Below, piece by piece: positions 11,248-21,836 of a stretch of 64,000 nucleotides of DNA. Below the pieces are notes generated by a model. It did not search any database and had not been told where the DNA came from. It worked only from the letters and a program-made list of their open reading frames with translations. A program made the translations under genes and the position numbers. Origin of the DNA: Camelus dromedarius (lineage: Eukaryota); NCBI RefSeq assembly GCF_036321535.1, contig NC_087436.1:123196001-123260000 (forward strand), given 5' to 3'. The number at the start of each line of letters is the position of its first letter. Position 1 is the stretch's first letter.

Positions 11248-14200
11248 AAAGTAATAAATCAGACTCCATCAAAACTGAAAAGTTTTGCTTTTTAAAAGAT
11301 ACTGTTAAGACGATGAAAAGGCAAGTCAAAGGCTGGGAGAAAACATGTGCAAGGTGTTTGTCCGATACAGAACTTGCATGTAGAATACACACAACACTCT
11401 CACAGCTCCATTACACGAAGACAACCCAGTGTTTAAAACTTGGCAAATGATTTGGAAATCTGTTTTACTAAATAAGATATCTGAAAGGCCAATAACTACT
11501 AACTTCTCAGGTATTTCACCTAAGAATACATATGAAAGACTCAATCAACATCATTAGTCATCAGGGTAATGCAAATTAAAACCACTGCACCCACCAGAAT
11601 GGCCAGCACTACTAAGAAGACTGCTGACAATACCAAGGTCTGGTGGGGCACAGGGCTGAGCAGAGTGTAGAAGGGTGCGGTCACTCTGGAAGACAATTTG
11701 TCAATTTCTTACAAAGTTAAAATAAACTTACGACACAACCTAGCAATTCCACTCCTAAGAGAAACTGAAACACGTTCACAAAAGACTTGCACATAAATGT
11801 TCACTAGCAGCTTCACTCGTAAAAACTAATGTCCATCATTTTGTGACTGGATGAGTGAATTTTGGTGGAATTCTACTCAGCACTAAAAACAAATGAATAA
11901 CAACAAAGTATGGTCAAGTGAAAGAAGCCAGACATGAAGGACTACATCTTTTATGATTCTAGGGATATAAAACTTTATACTAAAACTATAGTAACAGAAA
12001 GCAGACAAGAGCTTCTGCAGGGGACCTGGGAGGGTTGGGACCAGTTGTGTATCATGACTGTGGTGGTGACTCACACCACTGTGTACAGTTGTCCAAACTC
12101 ATTGAATCGAACCCTCAAAATTAGTGATTATTGTTGCACATAAACTGTATCTCATAAAAAAAGAGTACAAAATGTTGGTATTACTCACAATCCAAAAACG
12201 CACAGGCCCAAGTGCAGCAGTGCACACGCAAGAGAAGGCTCTCAACAGCTTTACTGATAAAATCCCCAGCTAGAAGCGTCAAGTGTTGATCATCAGCAGC
12301 GTGGTAAACAAACAGTCACACCGCCGCTCAGCGCCGGCAACGACAGTGAATGGGCTACAGACCAACAGGAGCACGCTTCAGGCTCGCTGAAAGAAGCCAC
12401 ACATGTAAGAGTCACGCGCTGTGTATTCTACTTATATAAAATGCAAAGACCAGGCAAACCAAACTCAAATGTTTAGGGGTGCACGCTTAGGGGATAAACG
12501 TGTAAATAAACACAAGGAAGTGGTTTTCAACGAAGTCAGCAGCAGCTTTTGGGGGCGTGGCTCTTGCATCCTCAAGTCTGCAGTGTTCTGGGTCTCGATT
12601 AAGACACAGATGCTCGTTTATAAGTTAAGTTGTTACACGCAATTTTATGGATTCTGTGGATCTATTATATTTCACAAGACAAAAGCTTGTAAAGTAGTGA
12701 TCAAGGTACATTCTCTGTCTCCAAGAGCTCACTAGCTTTGGTTTTGTGAGACTGAGCTCTTTAGATTAACCATCACCTGTGCGTAACTGGCACAGAGATG
12801 CACGCACGCATCTATAGACGAAGATAAATACTGATCATTCCTGGGGAAACGGGACTGAGAATTAATAATGAAAGAAAAATGTGAGCATTTATCCAGTTAA
12901 AAATATAAGGGATAGAAATACTGGAAAGTTAAATGATAAATTAGAAAAAATAATTAGAATCAGCCAAATTAATGGATGTCAACACTGTAGGAGATTGGAT
13001 TTTAAATGCTAATAAATATGTCAACATTAAAATGAGGTTTAAAGGTAACAAGGAAAATATTCTTCACTTGATTCGTGATTACTGCTACAATCAGAAAAAA
13101 CACGTTGGTTTAAAAACACATTCTCTTTGGTCTCTTTCTGGTTCCCTGTCTTCAGAATGTGACAGTGATGTGTCCTGCATGGAAGCACTACAAGCGCCTC
13201 TGCGAGGTTGCTTGGCATGTGGTAGCTCTGGGACTTTAAAAACTGCCCCTTCCCACCACCCCCACCACCGTCCAGTCACTTTTCACAAGGGCCGTGCTTC
13301 TTTCCGGACTGGGCTCCCCGCCTGAACTCTGAGACCCCAAGTCGCTCCGTGGACTGCAGCTGTACCAGGCGCCCCTCGGCCGCTGAGTAAAGGCAGGAGG
13401 ATGCTGCCAGGTGGCCTGTGAGACGGGGGTGGGCTTCACAGGTGAGCCTGGTAGGGGTTGGGACAGAGGATTCTGTCAAAAAGCAACAAAATTAGCTTTC
13501 AAAATGTGCATGGTTTGTTTCAATTTACACCCCTGATTATAGGTGTCAGAAACCAGCTTAGGTGCAGAGGGGCTCACTGTGAGAGTGGGGTAGTTACAGG
13601 GTCCCCGTGAGCTTTGCATGACAGAGTCCCCAGACTGTTGCCCCTCCCTCCTGCAGACACAGAGGGGAGACAGACACACACTCAGGAAGACAGCTGACTA
13701 TCTGCTGAGTGTCAGGCAGTGGATGCAGAGGGGAGCAAACCATAGATCTAAGTACAATGATCATCGTGATGGTGGCAGGACCCCTCCACCTGCACCTGAT
13801 CCCTCAACGTGCCTTCACCTCCCCAGCCCAGTCTTCATGAGCTAGTGCTTCTAAAACTCACACTACAGCATCCTCTCTCCATCATCAGGATGAAGTCCCA
13901 ACTTGCACAGCTCAAGACCCTTCGTGACAGGACATCTGCTGGTCACTCTCTGCCCATGGAGTCCCACACGCTCTCCTTGGGGCTCCCTCCCAGAGTGCAC
14001 TCCCTTACCACAACAGGGAGATGGGTCCTCTCCTGCCTGCTAGTCTGGCCTGCGTCACCTGGCCCTGTTCTCCTTGTGAGCAAAACCAAACTGACATTAG
14101 ATTCTGTCCTAGGACAGAGCAACCCCAGGTTGGCTGGTGTCCACCCATTCATTCATCCGCTCACTCATTCCTTCCATGTGGCTGGGGTGGAGCTGAGTCC

Positions 14201-14329
14201 TGATGGGGAGGAGTTGGAAGGTAAAGCTGGACATGAGTGGCCTGCACTGAGCTCCCAACCAGGTGGGGAAGACAGACATTTAAACACTGGGAGATCTGCC
14301 TGTTGTGGGGGACACTCTGTCAGGGGCTG

Positions 14330-14605
14330 AGAGGCAGGGAGGCGGGGGTTGTAGGAAGATGGGGGCAGGGGACAGGGAGCAGGAAGGTGTTGAGGGGCAG
14401 CGTTAATGGGGGGTTAAGGAGGTGGGGGTGCAGGGAGGTGGGGGCAGGAAGTCTGGAGTACAAGGAGGTCAGGGAGCAGGGAGGTGATGGGGTGCAAGGA
14501 GGTGGGGGCAGGGAGTTGGGGGCACAGAGAGGTGGGGTGCAGGGAGGTGGGCAGGTGAGTGGCTGCAGGTGGATGGGGCAGGGAGGTGGGTCACAGAGGT
14601 GGGGT
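14330..14605 (+). repeat. G-rich degenerate repeat (GGAGGTGGGG-like units)
   Basis: Many GGG/GGGG runs in ggaggtgggggca-like units. Confidence 0.7.
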
Positions 14606-17124
14606 TTGAGTCCTGTCTCCCAGGTCACACGATTATTGCTGGAAAGCCTCTGTGAGGACCACAGGTTCACGTGCACAGTTTTTGTTGCCAGGACTGAATA
14701 AGACAGCCCATGAAAGCACTCATGATAGCGTCGACCGGACAGCAGGCACCCAGTAAAGTTAGGTACTGTTAGGTGAGGTGAAGCTAAGATCTAAGAAATG
14801 AGCAGGCCGAAGCTGGGTGGCAAAGGGAACATACAGCAGAAAAGGGAACAGCATACGCCGAGGCCCTGCGTCAGGAAGAGGCACAGCCCGGTTAATGAAC
14901 AGGGTGGTGGTGGGGTGGGGCGGAAGTGTCTAGTGAGGGGCTGGGGGGGGGGGGGCTCTGGAGGAGAGAAGAGGCCAGACTCCAGATCAATACTAAACCA
15001 CTGACCTGTCCAGTACAGATCCTTTGATTAGTGAAGCGGCTTCAGAGCCCCTCCCAGCACGGCCCTGCCCCAGGTCTGCCCAGGCCGCCTCAGAGGCCAA
15101 GCGCAGGACCTGCCAACGTCAGCTCACTTCCTCCTGCAAAGCCTGATCAATCTGGCTGCGGAGGGCCTGGCTTTGGGAATGGAGGAGTTGCTGCATCCTC
15201 GCGGAGGTGGCTGCAAACCTCGTCTCCCTGGAAACCGAAATAATCACTGGAAGTCAGCTCATGGCAACTAAGCTCGCGCGTGGGTGCCACGAGTATTATA
15301 CAAGCTGACTTACACACTGTCCTTTTAAAATCCATACACCATAAATGTGGAAGAAGGCTCACTATTCCGACTTTTCTGGCAAGTCGTCGTGCATGAGGAG
15401 AAGCACGGAACGAGGAGGTTCAGCTGATGTTCTAAAATCTGCACTCCCTGCTAAAAATACAGCAAACCTGCTCCTTGTCGCAGCGATTGCCGTTCAAGAC
15501 AGTCCCACGCAAATGTCCAGAGAGCCGCATGAAGGGACTTCACATACATTCCCTGGGCAGATGGTTTCCGTGAAACGTGGGCGAGGGGCCCCTGCGCGCG
15601 GGCTGCCTGGCGAATGTGGGCGCAGCTTTCTCCAGACGCGAGGGACCTTTGGAGGCTCGTACCCCTGCTCACCGGGCACCACCGGACGCTGTGAGCTCTG
15701 GGGGTGTCTCCACAAGCCAGGACTGGCCAAGCGGGTGGCAGGAAAGGGGGCGTGTTCTCAAAGCACCCCTTCACCTTCCCATCCCCTCCTCCCCCAGCGC
15801 TTTCCCTAGCTGCTTCCGCGCCTGCCTCCCCAGGATCCAGCGCAAAGTTATTTAACGCTGCAATTAGCCGGCAGGGTGAGTCATCGGCTCCCCGGCCTCG
15901 TTCCTGCAGCGGCAGGGACGGTGTGCAAAGAACCACCGGCGCAGGCCCAGCCGCTCGGCCCGGTGGGACCTCAGAGGGCTTTCCAGAGGCATCCCTCCCA
16001 GGTCTCCTTTCAAGAGGACGATGGGGGCGCCCAGAGAGGCCAGGGAGAAAGCCATCTCCCACGCCCCACCCACCCTCACGCCTTCCTCTCGCCCACCAAG
16101 AGTACCTCGCAGTCCACCTAGATCGGAACGAGGGGATTCAACCCCCATAGCCCCCTCCCCCGCGTTGCTCGCTAGCCGTGAATCGCCTGATGAATTAACT
16201 CCCTCGCACCCGCGTCGGGGGGTACATTCCTGCATGATCCCCGACAAGGGCTCTTTAGACTAAAGCCCAACGAGACTCATCCAAGGTCCTGCCTGAGGTT
16301 TCACCTCCAGTTTGGCAGTACCTCTCCCACCTCCCCCCACCTCCCTCCCCGCGCACACGAGCCAAGCCGACCTCCCAGGCTGCACAGGAGGGTCCCAGCA
16401 CCCGAGCTCCTCCTCCAAACCCTCCCCTCGACCCCGCATCCAGACTCCGGCCCTCATCCCCCGAGCACCCGGGCCCCCTCCTCCCCCGGGCTCCCCTGTT
16501 CCCTTCCCCCTACCCCCGCATTCAAACCTCCTCCCCACGCGGGCTTTCCCTTCCCCCTTCCTTCTTCCCCTCTCCCCCAGACTCGCCCCTTCCCCTTGTC
16601 CCGCGCTCAGGCTCTCCCCCATAGCTCCCTCAGCACCCGGGCTCCCTTCTTCTTCCACTTCCTGCACCCCAAGCTAACTTCTTCAAGCTTCCTGACCTCT
16701 GGCAGGCGGGTGGGCAAGGAGCGGGACCCCAGCCCTGTGACCTGGGGAGCGCGAACGCAGGGGAACAAGAGGTGGGAGGTCCTGGGGGTGGGGCCTGGGG
16801 GAGATCAGGGGAGAGAGCCCAGGGGTGGAGGGTGGCGCTCCCAGAGCTGCTGGGGGCGCTGACAGGGGGAGGAAGGCGGAGAGACACGGCGAGGGGGGAC
16901 CTTTCCTCCGGGAGGCGGCAGAGGGGTGTCCTAGGGGCTGCGGGGGTTGGTGGGGCGGAGGAGGGCGGCGCCTGGGCCGGGCGCGTAGGGCCGCGGGCGG
17001 GGTGGGGGAAGCTGAGCGTCCTGGGAGGGGCGCCGCGGGCTGGGGAGGGGGCGCTCGCGCCCTGCGGTCCTCCGCGCCGCATCGGTTCCCTGCGCGGGGC
17101 TGCGGCGGCGGCGGGAGGCGGAGG

Positions 17125-17181
17125 ATGCAGGCTCCGGTGGCGGCGGCGGCGGCGCGGGCCCGGGAGAACGCGGGAGGATGA
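17125..17181 (+). other. uORF1 in the presumed TMEM271 leader (18 aa, MQAPVAAAAARARENAGG)
   Basis: ggaggATGcag at 17125. Stop TGA at 17179-17181 overlaps the next ATG at 17178. Whether it is transcribed depends on the TSS position. Confidence 0.5.
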
Positions 17182-17294
17182 GGAGGAGGCCGGCGGTCCG
17201 GCCGCGCGGCGCCGGGAGGAGGCGCAGGCGGCGGGGGCGGCGGCGGGCGGCGGCGGGCGCGCGGGGTGCGGGCCGGCTCGGGCGCGGAGGATGA
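17178..17294 (+). other. uORF2 in the presumed TMEM271 leader (38 aa, 17 Arg)
   Basis: MRRRPAVRPRGAGRRRRRRGRRRAAAGARGAGRLGRGG*. Its TGA (17292-17294) overlaps the TMEM271 ATG (17291-17293). Confidence 0.55.
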
Positions 17295-18421
17295 AGTGGA
17301 GCGTCCGCGGGGCCTGCGCCGCGCTCTCCTCCTGCCTCCTGCTCGCCTGCGCGCTCAGTGCCGCCGCCGTCGGCCTCAAGTGCTTCTCGCTGGGCTCGGA
17401 GCTGCGCGGGGAGCCGTTCCGGCTGGGGGCGGCCGCCGGCGCCTTCTACTCCGGGCTGCTGCTGGCCGCTGGCCTCTCGCTGCTTGGCGCCGCCCTGCTC
17501 TGCTGCGGGCCCCGGGACGCGCCTCTCGCGGGGCCGGGGCCGGGCCCGGGGCTCGGGGTTCCCGCGGCCCCAGCAGGGGCTCCAGAGGCCGCGCCGGGCG
17601 AGCCGGGTAGCGCACCCGGGCCTTCGGGGCCGGTGAACAGCCAGAACCTGCTCCTCCTCGGCGTTCTCGTCTTCATGCTCGGGGTCCTCAGCGCCTTCGC
17701 GGGCGCCGTGATCGACGGCGACACCGTGTCCCTAGTGGAACGCAAGTACTCCCACTACTGCCTGCCCCCCCGCGCGCCGGCCGCCGCCACCGGCCCGGCC
17801 CCGGGCACCCCGGCCGCCGTCCCCGGCCCGGCCCCCGGCGCGTCGCGCGTCCGCAGCACCCTGGACAGCGCCACGTCCGCCAAGTGCCGCCAGCTGAAGG
17901 ACTACCAGCGTGGCCTGGTGCTTTCCACCGTCTTCAACTCGCTCGAGTGCCTCCTGGGCCTGCTCAGCCTCCTGCTGGTCAAGAACTACAAGTCTTCGCA
18001 GGCCCGGCGAGGCCGGCGCGGCCGGCGAAGGGGAGGCCGGGCCCTGGCGAGGCCCCGCGGCGGCCCGGGGGTTCGCACGCAGCCGCCGGCCTCCCGTGCG
18101 CGGCGGGGCCGGCGGGGCCGACGGGGGCGCCGACTGCAGCCGCGGCCGAGCGAGGCTTCCATTCTGTCCCCGGAGGAGTCGGACTTCGCCGCCCCAGGAG
18201 ACTGCGCGGGTTTCGCAGCGCACCACGCGGTCTCCTATATCAACGTGGGCGTCTTCCACGCGTTTGACGAGGCGGGCGTGGAGGTGTGCTGCGGAGGGCA
18301 CCCGTCTGTGGAGCTGCCAGGGTACGCGCCCTCGGACCCCGACCTCAACGCCTCCTACCCCTACTGCTGCCGGCCGCCCTGCGAGGCGGCGCGCCCCTGG
18401 GAGCCGAGCCGGGCCAGCTGA
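17291..18421 (+). CDS. TMEM271: Transmembrane protein 271, single coding exon, 376 aa
   Basis: MKWSVRGACAALSSCLLLACALSAAAVGLKCFSLGSELRGEPFRLG...SQNLLLLGVLVFMLGVLSAFAGAVIDGDTVSLVERKYSHYC... matches TMEM271 as recalled. Four hydrophobic segments. Position and orientation between PDE6B and PIGG match human synteny. Confidence 0.95.
   Translation: MKWSVRGACAALSSCLLLACALSAAAVGLKCFSLGSELRGEPFRLGAAAGAFYSGLLLAAGLSLLGAALLCCGPRDAPLAGPGPGPGLGVPAAPAGAPEAAPGEPGSAPGPSGPVNSQNLLLLGVLVFMLGVLSAFAGAVIDGDTVSLVERKYSHYCLPPRAPAAATGPAPGTPAAVPGPAPGASRVRSTLDSATSAKCRQLKDYQRGLVLSTVFNSLECLLGLLSLLLVKNYKSSQARRGRRGRRRGGRALARPRGGPGVRTQPPASRARRGRRGRRGRRLQPRPSEASILSPEESDFAAPGDCAGFAAHHAVSYINVGVFHAFDEAGVEVCCGGHPSVELPGYAPSDPDLNASYPYCCRPPCEAARPWEPSRAS
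17852..17872 (+). promoter_or_regulatory. RE1/NRSE (REST-binding) element inside the TMEM271 CDS
   Basis: cgCAGCACCctGGACAGCGCC versus consensus TTCAGCACCacGGACAGCGCC. Both half-site cores and the 2-nt spacer are intact. Confidence 0.75.
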
Positions 18422-18670
18422 GCTCTCCGGGCCGGTACGAACTGACCAAGCCCGCCTCCCTACCCGGCCCCCGCAGCGAGGGAGGACAGGGCCTCGCGGG
18501 GCGCAAAGCCAGGCCGCTCTGTGGCGTTGCATCTTCCGGGGCAGTCTGGCCCAGCGCCTCGGAGGGCTCCCCGCCACCAGACTGGTCCTCCAGTATTATC
18601 ATTTCTGTGTCTGGGAGGTTTCTCTTCTTTTCTGTGTCTGTTCATATCCGGATTCCATTTTAAAGTTTAC

Positions 18671-18676
18671 AATAAA
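18671..18676 (+). terminator. Candidate TMEM271 poly(A) signal
   Basis: AATAAA 250 nt after the stop, followed by GT-rich sequence. A further ATTAAA lies at 18977-18982. Confidence 0.4.
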
Positions 18677-21629
18677 TGTTTTGGGGTTGGCTCGCCCCCA
18701 CCGCACTTCTCTTTGGCAAGTCAGTTCCGGGCGCCCTCTGAGGCCCCGGGTGGGAGCTCACCCTGCGAGCGTGATTCTGCGGCGGGAGGAACCCTCGCTG
18801 AGAGGACAGAACGGCAAAGCAGCTGGTACTTCGGGAAGGAGGTGGAAGCGCAGCAACAGCACCACTTTGTACACGGATGTGCCTGCTCTTGTTGGTACTT
18901 TCTTACTGTAAAGCTCTCCATAAACGGTGAACATGTTTGGTAAATTTATTGCAATTTAAAATTGGTGAGTTCCTTTATTAAATTAATTGCTATGTTATTG
19001 GAAATATTCATCAAATTAGGGTTAGAGGATGTCTACACACAAATCAGTTTGGGGAGAATGGTTTAATTTGGTCAGACAAATGTTGAGTTTGAACAGCTGT
19101 ATTCTGCTCGCTGGTTGACTAAATCCAACCTCTTTCTGAGGCTAACTTTCTGTGTGTATACCAGGTCCCAGACATTTCTTTTTTTGGAAACTGGCGGTGG
19201 GATTTTTACTGCAAAGCTGAGCTTATTTTGGTTAATACATATGAACAATCCAGTCCTATTTTGGAAAATCGCAGTCATACTTTTTTGGCAAAGATTATTT
19301 TCCTGTTGATTAATTCATTCATCTGGTAATTTTGAATATTATAGCATTTCCCTTGAAATATACCCCTTAAGTAGCCTTAATTGATGCGAAGGTCATACTT
19401 TAAAATCATTAGGATACACACGTGTTCATCTTTACACACACAATATGAAATGCGTTCCAAATGACGATGAAGCAGATTTCCATCCAGTCTTGTGGGCTGG
19501 CTGGGAGCCATGCAGGCTCTGACTCCTGGGAACAGGTGATCCAACTCTCATGTGTTGGAATTGTGGCACCAGGCAGGTATTCTGCTAATTCTGAACGTGC
19601 TCTAAGTAGAGCCCCACCTTGGCCCCCATGGTATGTGCCTCCAGCAGGAGTTGGAGACACACCCAGTGCTCTGGTAGAGTGAACACAACACAAAACACTT
19701 GAGGTGAGAAAAGCTAAAGAAATAACTGTGTAATATTTTCAGAGACTATTGGGGTCCACTTCTTATTGTGAAAAAGTAGCCAGATTTAGCATTGGAGGCA
19801 TGATTTCCAGGAGCAGGCTCTAGGGTGAGACCTCAGCTCCCAGGTATCCTACCCAAAGCAGAGTTCCCCGGACCCAGGTGACCAAGGCCCCACTCAGCCG
19901 AGACCTGGCTGGGCCGCCCAGCTGTAGCAGAGGCTGCCAGAGAGGCGGCCCCCTTTCCAAGCAGAGAAGTGGAGACCTGTCACAATTCAGTGGAGGTGGA
20001 GGTGCAAACATGTTGCATGGATGTTGGACAATTCCTAAGAGAACTGGAAATTCTGATCACAGAGCCCATGAGCAATGGCTTCTCCTGTTATGCTGAAGCC
20101 ATCAGAGGAAAAAGAATCATTCATGGCCAGTCTGTTGGGTTCTCATCAACAGCCCTCTTCAGATACTGGGACATTAGGGCTCCTCTCCTGCCCCCACAAC
20201 CCCCAGCCCACTGGCTACCAACCGAAGCAGAAAACGTGGTAAGTGGCAGCAGAAGGACTTCTCCCCATCCACCTAGATTAAGTCAGCAAGGCATTGCCAG
20301 GCATCTCCTGCTTCCTGAGCAGGGCTCTTCCAGACTCCTGGAGCAGAGACCTCCCACGGCCGCTGCAAGGCTGACCTCCCAGAGCTACACAGAGGTGGTG
20401 GCCAGGCCTGCGTGTAGGCTGCCAGTGGGCTCCGGTAGAAGGTTGCTGGTCAGAAGCTGTGAGGACAGAGCAAATACTTGGGCAGCATAGACATAAGACC
20501 TCAGACCTTCCCACAGCCTTCCTGTTTTCTGAGGTGTTCCATCTTACACAGTTTGTATAGCTTAAAATGTTAGATATCTTAAGATTCTTTCAAATTTGCA
20601 AACAAAATCAGTGATCTCTCCAAAGCTGCAGACTTTCCTTGGGATGGAAGAGAAGGCAGGATGGGGTAAGATGGCAGGGAGCATCAGTGGGGCACAGACA
20701 GCTGCGTTTCCCCTATCATTTATATATGACCATGAAACTAGATGGGGCTTTCAAAATATGTGTTTCTAACTCCATGAATATTGTTAACCCCACTTTATAG
20801 AGGCTGATACAAAGATGTGGAATACCAGAGCTCTATTTTTTAAAGTTTACTAGAAGAAATAAAATATCAAATATCCCTAAACTCAGATTGTCTCAGAGAT
20901 CAGTACTCAGGGAAACAAGTGGAGAATCTCAAAACCACTAAGCTTCCTTCTTATTGGGATGAAATTCCTTGTGGCCGAGTCAAGTTCCTTGAAGGGTGGC
21001 CAACTCACAAGCGCTTCTTATTCACATTTATTCTACTTTTTGGAAGTTTAAGTTAGTCATTAGAATTGATTCTGTATGCTTCTGGGAAAATAATGCTAGT
21101 TCTTGGAGCTTTCTTAAAATAGGTTTCATCCTACATCCCACAATAATAATAAAGTCTTGGCTTGGCGGAGGCCAGACCGAGAGTTTACGTCATGATGAGA
21201 CACCGAAAGTCAACACACTGTAGCATTTCCACATGGCCTGCTGCTGAGTTTGTGCTAAACACAAAGCTTGTTTACCTCTCAGGGAATAATTTAGTGAACA
21301 CAGTGCGGATGACGCAGGCTGGTGGGACAGCTCCTCGCCCAATCACACAGTCGCCAAACGAGCTGTGTTTTCTGAAGATTGATGTACGAACACTCCCAGG
21401 TCTCAGGTGCCTGGGTGTACAAGCCTTCCTTAGCCAGAGGGGCTGCTCTGCCCTTTCAACACAAATTTGAACACACAACTGAATTTTTGACTGATATTCA
21501 ATTAAACAATCATTTAATTTAAAAAATCAGTCAGACGGTGTTTGTAGTAAAGATCGAACTGTTGGCGATCAACGTTTTTACTCCTGGCTGGTGTCATGAC
21601 GCCGTGCAGATAGAAACCTCTAAGGTACG

Positions 21630-21836
21630 TGCATACACACATATGGCTGCACACACGTGCACACAGGTATGTGTGACACATGCACACACATGGCAGCACA
21701 GTGAGTGCATGTGCACATAGGAATGCACACAAACGCAAATGCACACGTGTGAACATGCAGGTGAGCTTTTACACTCCCACACATACACGTATTTGCAAAC
21801 ACACACACACGTGCAAGGACACACATACACACACAG
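21630..21836 (+). repeat. Degenerate CA/TG-rich simple repeat
   Basis: gcatacacacatatgg...acacacacacgtgcaaggacacacatacacacacag. Confidence 0.75.

Larger units (their letters stand above)
8280..12155 (+). mobile_element. Old LINE-1 relic (ORF2 region through 3' UTR) with nested insertions
   Basis: A-rich with recognisable L1 ORF2 motifs (gggatttatctcaggaatgcaaggttgg; tgttcatggatcagaagagtcaacattg; gcaaattaaaaccac; tagcaattccactcctaag). Many stops and frameshifts. Confidence 0.9.
15550..18800. promoter_or_regulatory. CpG island spanning the TMEM271 promoter and CDS
   Basis: Very high GC and CpG density, peaking at 16900-18550. Confidence 0.85.

Noticed and set aside
16630..16648. Second RE1 site (TCAGCACCcgGGctcc)
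   Set aside because: Only the left half-site matches; the GGACAG half is absent.
16772..17290. 173-codon in-frame N-terminal extension of TMEM271 in the ORF track
   Set aside because: It starts at GTG, is Gly/Arg/Ala low-complexity and lies in stop-poor CpG-island DNA. The recognisable protein begins at ATG 17291.
17910..18911. 333-aa alternative-frame ORF and the long antisense ORFs (16630-17379, 17732-18577) over TMEM271
   Set aside because: Expected by-products of very high GC content, with no recognisable domain and low-complexity composition.
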